Shown here in pieces: positions 13,452 to 26,261 of a stretch of DNA of 39,967 bases. The notes under the pieces are model-generated. The model searched no databases. It was not told the DNA's origin and saw nothing but the letters and a program-made list of their open reading frames with translations. Position 1 is the first letter of the stretch; every line of letters begins with the position of its first letter. Source of the stretch: Chiloscyllium plagiosum (taxonomy: Eukaryota); contig NC_057719.1 of the NCBI RefSeq assembly GCF_004010195.1, positions 29,488,822 through 29,528,788 of the forward strand, given 5' to 3'. The position numbers and the translations under genes were made by a program.

Positions 13452-15957
13452 AAAAAGACCAGAACTGGACACAATATTCTAAGTGTAGAGAGTGTAGTGC
13501 TGGAGAAGCACAGCAGGTCAGGCAGCATCCAAGGAGCAGGAGAATTGACGTTTTGGGCATAAGCCCTTCACCAGGAATGAGGCTTGGATTGGGGCTGAGA
13601 GATAAATAGGAGGGGATGGGGTTTGGGGAAAGGGGGGGGGGGGGGGGGGGGGGGGGGAGGGAGAGGGGAAATGAGGAAGCTGTTGAAATCCACATTTATC
13701 TCGTGTGGTTGCAGGGTCCCAAGTGGAATGTGAGGCATTTCTCCTCCAGATGTCAGGTGGTAATGGTTTGGTGGTGGAGGCTGCATGTCCTTCACGGAGT
13801 GAGAGGGGGAGTTGAAGTATTCAGCCACAGGGCAGTGGGGTTGGTGGTGCGGGTGTCCCAGAGATGTTCTCTGAAGCAATCTGCAAGAAGGCATCCTGTC
13901 TCCTCGATATAGAGGAGACCACACCCGATGCAACGTTAACAAACGTCCACTTACATGACAATGTAATTTTTAAATAATTTCTGTGCTATCAAGTTATCAA
14001 AGTTAACATGTAGGACTGTAATTAATCAACAAGTGCACTGCAGGTTTTGGGCTGCTGGATTATAACTGGAGGACTGATAAACAAGTAGACACAGTGAGAA
14101 GAAAAAAGGAGCTTATTTGCTTTTAGACACCAGTAAGTTGTGCACTATCTGGAGTGAGACATAGCCCAAGTCAGCATATGTTTCGGGGAATTTAGAGGCA
14201 GTGTGGGAATTCAGTGCAGACAGCAGAGGTGATTTTGGTTTGCTTTTTTAGTTCATAATTTGTAAAGTTTTTTTACAGGATAAATTGAAACCCAGGATGA
14301 GGGGCCCAGCACAAAAGAAAGAGTGACATCACAGGAAAACTGTAAGTTGATTGGTTAGTAAAGGCTGTAATTGGACTATTATGAGTAACTTTCAGATTGA
14401 AAATAAATAAGTGAAATATTTATAGGCTACAAACTAAACAAATCAGTCATAAATCTTTAAAATAAAATTAAGAACTAAGAAAATAAAACAGAGATGCAGA
14501 GCCAGCCATGTGTTGTACCTACATGATGTGGGAGCTGTTAGACGGCATTGAATGAATAATTTTATTGTCCCATATATCTCAGAAAATACAGTGAAAAGTG
14601 TTTTGTCATCACAATCTGGAACCATTCTGAGTTGCAAAAAGAACGAAAAGAAATTACCTAAATAGAGTTCATCTTCTGTTCAAATTGAGTCTCGAGCACA
14701 GCCCCAGGGCTTCTGCAAGGTCTCTACAAGGTGCTCAGGGCCTCAAAGAATCACTGCTCTGGGTACAGCAATGATAACACTAATGCCCCAGGAGACTCTG
14801 GCTCTGCTACAGCTGCCAACATCTCGCCATTACTGCCAGGAGTCCCTGCTCTGGGCACTACCACCACCGCCACTGCCGCCTCCAAGAGTCTAGGCTTCAG
14901 GCCTACTGCAGCCAGGAGTCCCCACTCTGGCCATCACCACAAGTACACGCTCCAGGTCTACTATCACAAGGAGCCCCTGCTCTGGGCATTGTCACTGCTG
15001 CCAAGGGTCCTGATCTACGCTGCTGACACTGCAGTAGCCGCCCCACCGACACTGCTTCAACTCCAATGATGAAGTAAGAAAAGAAAACAAAGGTAGACGA
15101 AAAGGAGAGGAAAGGATGCTGTCAGCCTGAAGCGGACAGGCTCAGGAGCCCGAACACTATCTACTGTGCTGGCACCACTATCTTGAAAAGGTTGTGGTTT
15201 ATACAATTTCCAACACAAGATGTGTTTGACCACATCTGTAGGAAGTGTTAGCAGCTTGAGGAACTCTGGCTCAGGGTTGATGAGCTGGAGTCTGAGCTTC
15301 CAACACTGCAACAGATGAGGGTGGGGGAAGAGTTACCTGGATGCTGTGTTTCAGTAGGCAGTCACTGTTTAGATTAACTACCTTGAATTCAGTCAGTGGT
15401 CAGGGACTGGAGTGTATAACTACAAGTGAGACAGATAGAGGGATCCAGGAAATAGTGCTGAAAGAGCCTCAGCCCTTGACTTTGTCTAATAGGTTTGAGA
15501 TTCTTGCTTGTATGGACAAGAGCAGGGGTTTTAGGGAGGATGAGCAAACTAACAAAGCATTGCATTTACTGGAAACCATTCAAGAGTGGGGAGAAAACAG
15601 AACTGTAATTGTAATCGGAGATAGTACAGTAGCGGGAATAGATACTGTTCTCTGGCCAGGATCGAGAGTCCCAATGGTTATGTTGCCTGCCTGTTGTCTG
15701 GGTTCAGGATCCTTCACCTGGGCTACAGAGGTACTACAGTGGGAGGGGAAAGACCCAGTGTCATGGTCCAAGTGGTTAACAATGATATGGTTAGAAGAAA
15801 GAGGTCCTGCTGAAGGAATATGAGTAACTAAGGGCTAAATTAAAAAGCAGAACCAAACCAGTAATTTCCAGATTACTACCTTAACCATGAGCTTATTGGC
15901 ACAGGGTCAACAAGATTAAAGACGTAAATGCGTGGCTCGAAGATTGATGTGGGAGTA

Positions 15958-16985
15958 ATAGACAATAGGTGCAGGAGTAGGCCATTCTGCCCTTCGATCC
16001 AGCACCACCATTCATTATGATCATGGCTGATCATCCTCAATCAGTATCCTGTTCCTGCCTTATCCCCATAACCCTTGTTTCCACTATCCTTAAGAGCTCT
16101 ATCCAATTCTTTCTTGAAAGTATCCAGAGACTTAGCCTCTACAGCCTTCTGGGGCAGAGCACTCCACACACCCACCATTCTCTGGGTGAAGAAGTTTCTC
16201 CTCAACTCTGTTCTAAATGGCCTACCCCTTATTTTTAAACTGTGTCCTCTGGTTCGGGACTCGCCCATCAGAGGAAACTTGCTTCCTGCCTCCAGAGTGT
16301 CCAATCCTTTAAAATCTTATACGCCTCAATCAGATCCCCTCTCAGCCTTCTAAACTCAGGAGTATACAAGCCCAGTCGCTCCAATCTTTCAATGTAAGAT
16401 AGTCCTGCCATTCCGGGAATTGACCTCGTGAACCTACGCTGCACTCCCTCAATAGCCAGAATGTCTTTCCTCAAATTTGGAGACCAAAACTGCACACAAT
16501 ATTCTAGGTGTGGTCTCAACAGGGCCCTGTACAGCTGCAGAAGAACCTCTTTGCTTCTATACTCAATTCCTCTTGTTATGAAGGCCAGCATGCTATTAGC
16601 TTTCTTCACTGCCTGCTGTACCTGCATGCTTGCTTTTATTGACTGATGTACAAGAACACCTAGATCACGTTCTACTATCCAGATGTGTCGTAATTTCATC
16701 CTTTATAATTGACTCCAGCATCTTTCCCACCACTGAGGTCAGATTAACTGGTCTATAATTCCCTGCTTTCTCTCTCCCTCCTTTCTTAAAAAGTGGGACA
16801 ACATTAGCCACCCTCCAATCGCAGGAACTGATCCTGAATCTATTGAACATTGGAAAATGATCACCAATGCATCTTTGATTTCTAGAGCCACCTCCTTCAG
16901 TACCCTGGGATGTAGACCATCAGGTCCTGGGGACTTATCAGCCTTCAGACCTAACAGTCTCTCCAATACCATTTCCTGGCAAATA
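15958..16985 (-). mobile_element. Relatively well-preserved CR1 fragment with an internal deletion near 16675
   Basis: DKSPGPDGLHPRVLKE and NYRPVNLTSVVGK join directly to RDLGVLVHQS…RPHLEYCVQFWSP, so the RT core is missing. The 3'UTR is at 15958-16060. Confidence 0.9.
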
Positions 16986-17107
16986 TAAATGGATGGGACA
17001 TTGAATTCATGGGACATTGGCAACAGTACTGGGAAACGAGGGAGATGTTCAAATGAGATGAGCTCCAGCTGGATCATGGTGAGACCAGAGTCCTGGCAAA
17101 TAATAAG

Positions 17108-18125
17108 TTCATAAGATATAAAAGTAGAATTAGGCCAATCAGCCCATTGAGTCTGCTCTGCCATTCGATCATGGCTGATAATGTTCCTCACCCCCATTTT
17201 GCTGTCTTCCCTCCATATCCCTTCAACTTATTACCAATTAAAAATCTGTCTAACTCCTCTTAAATTTGCTCATTGTCCAAGCATCCACTACACTTTGGGG
17301 TAACGAATTCCACAGATTCACAAACCCTTTGGGAGAATAGTTTCTCCTCAATTCTGTTTTAAATTTGCTACCCCTTATCGTAAGACAATGACCTCTCGTC
17401 CTAGAATGCCCCAAAAGGAGGTATCTGCTCCATATCTATTTTACCAACATCTTTTATCGTCTTTAATACCTCAATTCGATCTCCCCTCATGCTTCTAAAT
17501 TCCAGAAAGTATAGGCCTAAACTGTTCAATCTCTTTTCAAATGACAAACCTCTCATCTCTTGGATAAATCTAGTGAATCTCCTATAAACTGCCTCCGATG
17601 CAACTACATCTTTCCTCAAATACGGGGACCAAATCTGTGCACAATACACCAGGTGCGGTCTCACCAATACCTTGTATAGTTGCAACAATACTTCCTTACT
17701 TTTATATTCTATGCCTATATCAATAAAAGCCAACATTCCATTCATTTTCTTTATTATCTTCTGTACATGTAAGCTAGTTTTCTGTGACTCATGAACAAGT
17801 ACACCTAGATCCCGCTGTACTGGAGCACTCCAAAGTCTCTCCCCATTAAGATAAGGATTCCTTCCCATTTTTCGACCCAAATGCATGACCTCGCAATTAT
17901 CCACGTTAAACACTATTCCACATTTTGGCCCACCCTCCTAATCTGTCTATATCCATTTGTAAGGTTCGAATCCTGTAGCACCCCACTAGTTACATCTTGC
18001 CATCCAGAACATAAACCATTTATCCCAACTCCGTGTCTTCTGTCCATTAGCCAGTCATCGATCCCTAATCCCTAATAAATTATCCCTAATCCCATATGAT
18101 CCAACTTTGTGAATTAATCTTCTGG
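17108..18125 (-). mobile_element. CR1 LINE 3' fragment
   Basis: ORF 17401-17913 includes RDLGVLVHES…VRPHLVYCAQIWSPYLRKD. Confidence 0.88.
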
Positions 18126-19380
18126 CTGGTAGAATGTTGTGAGTATCACAGAGATGTGGCTGCAAGGGAATCAGGGCTGCGAACAAAATATCCAAGATGT
18201 GTGTCCAGGAAAAGGACAGGCAGATAGGCAGAGGAGCGGGGTTACTTTGTTAGTAAGAAATTAAATATTAAACTGATGGCAAGAAGTGATGTAGAGTCTA
18301 AAGGCTGTTTAGACAGAGTTAAGGAACTGCAATGGAACAAATAGGAGTTATGTAAATGCCTCCAAACCATACGTGGGGAAGAAAATAAATCAGGAGATAG
18401 AAAAGACACTATTAGAATAATCATGGTAGACAGGGAACATCCAGATCCAAAGAAAAGGAATTTGTGAAACAGATTTTTTTTGGGAAGCAGCTTTTGGTAG
18501 AGCCCATAGGAAACAGGCAATTCTGGATTTGGTGCTAATGTAAAGAGGCAGACTTGATTAGAGAGTGAAGGTGAAGGAACCCTGAGGGAGCAGTGACCAT
18601 AATGCAATAAAATTCACCCTGCATTTTGAGAGGGAGGAGTTGAAATCAGATGTAACAGTACTTCAATTGTGTAAAGATAACTACAAAGATATGATGGCAA
18701 GAGTTGATTGGAACGGGAGCCTAACATGGATGTTAGTGGAACAGCAATCATAGGAGTTTTAGGGAGTAATTCAGCAGGCACAGCAGAAATTCATACCAAG
18801 GAAGAAAAAACATACCAAGTAGAAGACAAGGCAACCACGGCTGACAAGGGAGTTCAGGAAAAGCATAAAAGTAAAAAAAAAGCAATGTGGTGAAGATTAG
18901 TGGAAAGCCAGAGCGTTGAGAAGCCTTTAAAAACCAGCAGAGGATAACTAAAAAAGTAAGGCAGGAGAAATAGTACTGAGGACAAAGAATAGGTACTTTG
19001 CATCAGTCTTCACAGTGGAAGACATGATGGAGGCATACCAGAAGAGAGTTGGGATCAGATGTGAATGTAGTGGCCATCACTAAGGAGAAGACGCTAAGGA
19101 AATTGAAAGGTCTGAAGGTGGATAAATCATCGGACTGATGAGTTCTGAAGAAATTAGCTGAGGAGATTTTGGAGGTGATCTCTCAGGAATCACTAGAGTC
19201 AGGGGCATCCCAGAGGACTGGAAAATTACTAATATAATATAATACCCTTGTTTAAGAAGGGAGGGAGGCAGAAGACAGGAAATTATTGGCCCATAACCCT
19301 GACCTCAAACCATGGCAAGATTTTAGAATCAATTATTCAGGATCAGATTGCAGGGTACTCAGAAGTGCATGGTAAAATAG

Positions 19381-19490
19381 TTAAAAACCACACGACACCA
19401 GGTTATCATCCAACAGGTGGACTGTTGGACTATAACCTGGTGTTGTGTGACTTTTAACTGCACCCCAGTCCAACACCAGCATCTCCAAAT
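19381..19490. mobile_element. 110-bp palindromic insert, probably a PLE terminus
   Basis: 13-bp direct repeat CATGGTAAAATAG (19368-19380 and 19491-19503). Internal inverted repeat 19379-19416 / 19422-19459. A related sequence lies at 30820-30894. Confidence 0.75.
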
Positions 19491-20539
19491 CATGGTAAAA
19501 TAGGGTTGAGTCAGTATGACTTCATCAAGGAGAAGTCATGCCTGACAAATTTGTTAGAATTTTTTTTTACAGAAGTAATGATCAGGTTAAGCAAAGGACA
19601 GCCAGTGGACGTGATCTGTTTAGACTTTCAGATGGCCTTTGATAAGATGCCACACAGAAGGCTGCTAAACAAGATTAGATCCAACGGTGTTAGGGGCAAG
19701 GTATGGCATGGATAGAGGATGGGCTTACTGGAAGAAGGCAGAAAGCGGGGATAAAGAGGTCTTTTTGGGATGACAGCTAGAGAGTAGTGGAGTTCCGCAG
19801 GGATCAGTGTTGGGACCACAACTATTCATGTTATAAATTAAATGTCTGAATGATGGAACTGAGGGCATTCTTGCTAAGTTTGTACATGACACAAAGATTG
19901 GTGGACGGATAGGTAGTATTGAAAACGCAAGGAGGCTGCAAAAGGACTTGGACATGCAAGGTGAGTAGGCAAAGAAGTGGCAGATGGAAAACAATGTATT
20001 AAAAAGTGTGAGAGTTATGCACTTTGGTAGAAAGAAGAGGTGTATACATTTTTCTAAAGGGGAAAGGCGTTTGAAATCAGATGTAACAGTACTTCAATTG
20101 TGTAAAGATAACTACAAAGATATGATGGCAAGAGTTGATTGGAACGGGAGCCTAACATGGATGTTAGTGGAACAGCAATCAAAGGGACATGGGAGTCTTG
20201 GTTCAGAATTCTCTTAATGTTAACAGGCAGGGTCAGTTAGCAGTTAGGAAGGCAAATGCAATGTTTGCATTCATTTCAAGAGTGTTAGAATACAGTTGCA
20301 GGAATGTACTACTTAAATAAGGTGCTGGTCAGACTGTATTTGGAATGTCGCCAGCAATTCTGGGTCCCATATCTAAAGATGGATTGCTGGCATTGGAGAG
20401 GTCCAGTGGTGCCTTACAAGAATGATCCCACGAATGAAGTGTTTGTCATATGAGGAGTAGCTGAGGACTTTGGGTCTGTATTTAATGGAGTTGAGAAGGA
20501 TTGGGGGGGGGCGGTTCTTATTGAAACCTACAGATAGCG

Positions 20540-21210
20540 AGTTTTGAGAAGATTTGTAGCTCAGGTTGCGGTTCTGGATGTAAGTTTGCTTGCTGAGCTG
20601 GAAGGTTCATTTTCAGATGTTTCGTCACCATACTAGGTAACATCATTAGTGAGCATCCGGTGAAGCACTGGTGGTATGGTCCGCTTTTTATTTATGTGTT
20701 TAGGTTTCCTTGGGTCAGTGATGTCATTTTCTGAGGTGGCCATTTCCTGTGGTAATGTCATTTCCTGTTCTTTTCCTACATTGGACAAACAGGCAGAAAA
20801 CTAGGCACCAAGATACATGAATATTAACTAGCCACAAAAAGACATGACCCACTCTCACTAGAACCTTTATTTACAAATGAGGAAGGATACCACTTTGACT
20901 GGGACAACACATCCATCCTAGGAGAAACCAAACAGAGACAAATGCGCAAATTCCTAGAAGCATGGTACTCCAACCAGAACTCTATCAATAAACACATTGA
21001 CTTGGATCCCATTTACCACCCCCTGAGGAAAAGTACAGGAAATGACACCATCATAGTATCATCAGCCCAAGGAAACATAAACACATAAATAAAAAGCGGG
21101 CCATACCACTAATGTTTCACCGGAGGCTCACTGATGATGTTACCTAGTATGGTGACGAAACGTCTGAAAACAAACCTTCCAGTTCAGCGAGCAAAGTTTC
21201 ATCCAAACTT
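20540..21210 (+). mobile_element. Truncated Penelope element: inverted terminal copy, then GIY-YIG C-terminus and terminus
   Basis: 20778-21000 encodes a decayed YIGQTGRKLGTKIHE…FDWDNTSILG…FLEAWYS segment. 20575-20775 is an inverted copy of about 21028-21205. Confidence 0.85.
21128..21167 (+). ncRNA. Minimal type I hammerhead-ribozyme motif with an intact core
   Basis: TCA CTGATGA T GTTACC TAGTAT GGTGAC GAA ACGT C TGA. Helix I TCA/TGA, 6-bp helix II, palindromic ACGT helix III and a GUC triplet (predicted cut after 21164). Confidence 0.75.
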
Positions 21211-22719
21211 ACAATTACTGAGAGGCCTGGATAAAGTGGATGTGGAAAACATGCTTCCACTAGTAGGAGTGACTAGGACTCTAGGGCACAGCCTCAGAGT
21301 GAAAGGACAACCCTTTAGAACTGAGATGAGGTGAGTCTGTGGAACTCCTTGCCATAGAAGGCTGTGAAGGCCAAGTCATTGAGTGCATTAAAGCAGAGAT
21401 AGCTAGATTCTTGATTGATAAAGGGGAATCAAGGATTATGGGGAGAAGGAAGGAAAATGGGGTGAAGGACTATATCAGCCATGATCGAATAGTGATGAAG
21501 ACTTGATGGGCCAAATGGCCTAATTATGTTGCTATATTTTAGTCTCTTTGACTTCCGGTTTTAAAATAAGAACAGGAAATAAGTTGTACACATCTCCTGC
21601 TGCACGAATAAAATGTTTGTAACTGAGTTCACAAAGCATTACTTGGTAACGGACAACAAAAGGTTTTGTACCTAACACAATAGTTGCGTCATTTTCAGGA
21701 AATACATGTACATTAAGGTGAGGCAATCGAACATTCTTCCAAATAATGTCTACATTATGCCATTTGTTTTCTTTAATGATTCAGTTCCTTGGATATTTAC
21801 TCCTATTGAATATGATATATTATTTTCAAGATTGCATACTCTGATAATAATTGGTAATGAAATACAGGTATTTTTCTCCTCACCTTAACAATATAAATTG
21901 ACATAGAATATGCTAAACAAAGTATTTACATCACAGTTTTTGAAAATAATAGGGAGTCTAATTTTTATATAACATTTACAAATTCTAATTGCAGATTTTT
22001 TACAACCCTGATACATCACATCAATGAATCATAAATTTTAGGAAGTTTTGTATTTTAATGCCTATTATTTACTCAATTAGTTGAGGCAGAGGGTTTCAAC
22101 AGTTAAAAATTTAGTACAGCTGGATTAGAAAACAGATTTGCAATGATGACTGTCCACTGATCCTTACTGGAAATACATATGTACATGAGATGAGGACAAG
22201 ATTGAACTCATACATGATATCATTTGAATGATCAGCACTGTCATTCACTTTCAAGTCTCACACAAATGACTAAATGTAACTCTGGCAAAGTACTGAAGGG
22301 CCTCTGAAAGTATCTCAAAAAATTAATGCCTTTAGAAGGGGAGAGTAGGAAAGAAAATTTATCAGAGGGGACAAAATATTGGCTCTCTCATGTGGAGTGA
22401 AAAATGAAAAGCATTAACCTACAAATTAGGCTAATGTAGTGAATCAGGATCAGTTTGATATGCAGAATCTGAATGCAATAACAACCACTTCATAAACCAC
22501 ATGCTCCAAAGGGCATCTGCACAATCACCAAGACGCTGTATTAGTGAGGCCCTGAAAGAATGGGATTCTGAAAGACCAACAAATATCCAATGGCCATCAT
22601 AAAATATACTATAACCTGTGTACAACAGGATGAGGCAATATTCACATGAAACTTTTAAGTTGATGAAAGAACTGCCTTTTTATCTTCATGTTTTTACATT
22701 TGTGAAGATTTAAATCTTA

Positions 22720-22917
<198 letters not shown>

Positions 22918-23411
22918 TTAACTTCAAAGCACTATTGTACAAGATACTTCAGCTATATACCTCACTATTCAAAATCCAATATCCAGATTCAGAAAGCCTA
23001 CCATTAGTTAAATATTACAAGTAACTAAAATTTCCTCAAGACTGGAACATAATATTGATAAATTTATATGAGCAAGAATGGAATTCCAAGCTATTGATAC
23101 ATAATCAGAAGAGAGAGTCAACATTACACATTCTAATTCCTTTACCCGCAAAATTAGGTTTCTAAATTCCATCAATCTCCATGTTTAGAAGATATAAAAG
23201 CCAGCTGTTCTTTTGGAGCTGACTGGCTAATTTCACTTCTCTAGTGCAAGTAACATTAGGTCAACTGCAAATTAAGAGTCATACTCAACACATACAAACT
23301 TTCCTTAAAAATGAAAATGAAGATAATTTACTGAACCTTTTGTATTTAACCCCAGCTCATGAAAATTATTCAACTTTCTAAAACTCACACCATCAATATT
23401 TTTCACTGTCA

Positions 23412-24030
23412 GGCAACTGTCTGTGTGGAGGTTGCACATTCTCCCTGTGTTTGGGTGGGTTTCCTGTAGGTGTTCCAGTTTCCGCTGACAGTCCAAAGAA
23501 GGGGATTCCAGTCAGTAGACTTGGTGGCATGGTGGCTCAGTGGTTAGCACTGCTGCCTCACAGCACCAGGATCCCAGGTTCAATTCCAGCCTCGAGCGAA
23601 TGTCTGTGTGGAGTTTGCACATTCTCCCCGTGTCTGCGTGGGTTTCCTCCCACAGTCCAAAGATGTGCGGTCAGATGAACTGGCCATGCTAAATTGCCCA
23701 GAGTGCTTGGTGCATTAGTCAGAGGGAAATGGGTCTGGGTGGGTTACTCTTCGGAGGGTCGATGTGGACTGGTTGGGCCGAAAGGCCTGTTTCCACACTG
23801 TTGGGAATCTAATCTATGAACTTCTATGATTCTATATTCAGGTTTGGTGGATTGGCCATGCTAAATTGCCCACAGTGTCCAGGGATGTGTAGATGAGATG
23901 GATTAGCTATAGGAAATGCAGAGTCATAAGGAAAGGATAGGGAGGTGGATCTAGGTGGAATGCTCTTTGGAAGGTCAGTGTGAACATGATGGGGCGAATG
24001 GCCTGCTTCCACACTAAGGATGCTATGATT
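23412..24030 (+). mobile_element. Nested HE1-like V-SINEs (a near full-length copy at 23523-23815 inside an older copy)
   Basis: The inner copy has a tRNA head GGTGGCTCAGTGGTTAGCACTGCTGCCTCACAGC…GGTTCAATTCC. The outer copy breaks at CAGTCCAAAGA (about 23498) and resumes at TATTCAGGTTTGGTGGATTGGCCATGCTAAATTGCCC (about 23834). Confidence 0.85.
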
Positions 24031-24340
24031 TTAATATTTTCAAATACACAGCCCTAATTTGCAAGGAACTAAAAGCCATTTCGGAATTTAAACTAGACCA
24101 ATACTAAAGAAAATCCAATTTTATTTTTTCTAACAATTTCTAAGTTGAAAAAAAATTCATACTTAAGTCACGTATCCAGTCATATCGTTAGTGGTATTTT
24201 TAAAAACATGAAAATTGGAATGCAAATTCACAATTGAAAATCAAGTCAAAATCTGAACCCAAAATTTAAATGTAGTCACTTAATTCAATTGTAATTCTAC
24301 AACCAACTCCTCACCAAATCAAAGATTAAAATTTTTTTTA

Positions 24341-25048
<708 letters not shown>

Positions 25049-26261
25049 TTACTTTGTTAATGTTTCCATAACACGATTTTGCCTAGGAATGTCAGAATTT
25101 GACAGTTAGGGATATAAACATTATCTCCACTATTATACCAAGTAAACAAGCACATAAAATTTGGCATCACGTTTTCATTACAATTCAAAGCAACAGTCTA
25201 GGACACATTTACATATGGTGGAGGCAAACAAGTGTGTGAAAAAACATTACCAAACATATTGACTCACTATTCAATGTACAAACATCCTAAAAAAAGCTGA
25301 AAGGTATTAAGTGCTGTGGGTAACTGAGAACCTGTAGTTAAGTTCTATGTTTGTTGTGATCCTGCTGCAACCCAAATGCAAAAACTAACTTATTTATGTA
25401 ACACAGCAAATTTACTAAATTAGTATTTCAAACTGGTTCTGTTTTTCAGATGTTACCAATACTGAATGATAACCTTCACAAACATATTGAGCGATCACTT
25501 GCTTAAGATACAAGTAAAACCTCTTAATCCCATATAGTTGCATTAAATGTTTTTGAAATACCTCCCACAGCATCCACTCAAAATGTAAATATTTTATCCT
25601 TGATTAGCTTTTTTTCCTTTCTTGCCCCGAAAGAATTACTTTTTGCAGTTGTCTACACAATTATAATCACCACTTTACCTCCCCCTTGCCAAACATGGAT
25701 TTTTAATTATTGCTAATATAGTCATAGGTACTACTCAGGAGTCTCAAATGTTCAGGCATGAAGTAATAGAAGAACAGGGGAAAATAATATAGTTTGAATT
25801 ATTATTTGCTTTGAAAGACATTTGCTTTTTTATTTGAATAATTTGCTCCTGGAAGATAAGCTTCAACACAGGTTAGTTGTGCTGGGGAGCATTTTTCAGT
25901 GTTATAAATATACTCAATCTCTGGATTCTGTTCTGCCATTCAGTGAAATCATGGCTGATGTAAATCTCAATTGCCTACTTGGGCTTTCTGTCTTGCGTAT
26001 AACAAAAATTCACCTCAGTCTTCAATGTTTCAACTAATCCAGTAGCAATGGCCATCAAAGGACATGCTCCTAATGTTCATTATTTTTGCGTAAAAATGCA
26101 ATTTCTGATTTCATTCCTAAATGGCCTAATTGTATTTGAAGATCATTTTCCCTTGTAATAGATTCCCCATGTGGGAATATGGTTTATTTTTAAGATCCCC
26201 AATGATTTATATATTTTCATAATATCTAACACTTTAACAAGTGTCCGTTCTGAGAAGAACC

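Larger units (their letters stand above)
12610..13480 (-). mobile_element. CR1 3' fragment broken by PLE termini, with its 13135-13355 segment inverted
   Basis: Minus-strand TRGHNFKVIGGR at 12782-12910. The plus strand carries HLEYYVQFWSPHYAKDVDALERVQRRFTRMLPG at 13135-13260. Confidence 0.8.
12919..13940 (-). mobile_element. Penelope-like termini and a GIY-YIG endonuclease fragment
   Basis: Repeated terminus GCTGGAAGAGCACAGCAGTTCAGGCAGCATCC…GCCCTTCATCAGGAAT. The minus strand near 13930 reads RCIGCGLLYIEETGCLLADCFREHLWD, a YIG-ET-like GIY-YIG segment. Confidence 0.75.
14150..21540 (+). mobile_element. Long decayed plus-strand CR1 sequence (5'UTR/ORF1 esterase, APE endonuclease, RT, 3'UTR) split by several nested insertions
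   Basis: ORF1-like pieces at about 14500-14540, 15225-15957 (LTLSNRFEIL, VIVIGDSTV) and 16990-17100. ORF2 pieces at 18130-21540 (FKKGGRQKTGNY, KSCLTNLLEFF, DFQMAFDKMPH, TRTLGHSLRVKG). It may be two separate elements. Confidence 0.75.

Noticed and set aside
12950..13571. Repeated about 100-bp units as a CRISPR-like array
   Set aside because: The context is eukaryotic, the units are irregularly spaced with mixed orientation, and they are PLE termini.
13444..13942. Poly-proline and poly-glycine ORFs
   Set aside because: These are artefacts of a G homopolymer (about 13632-13658) inside a PLE fragment.
14731..15069. Thr/Ala-rich 112-aa ORF
   Set aside because: It has a non-ATG start and low complexity from degenerate repeats, with no recognisable domain or splice support.
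23523..23595. tRNA gene
   Set aside because: The A/B boxes continue directly into SINE body sequence, so this is a SINE head.
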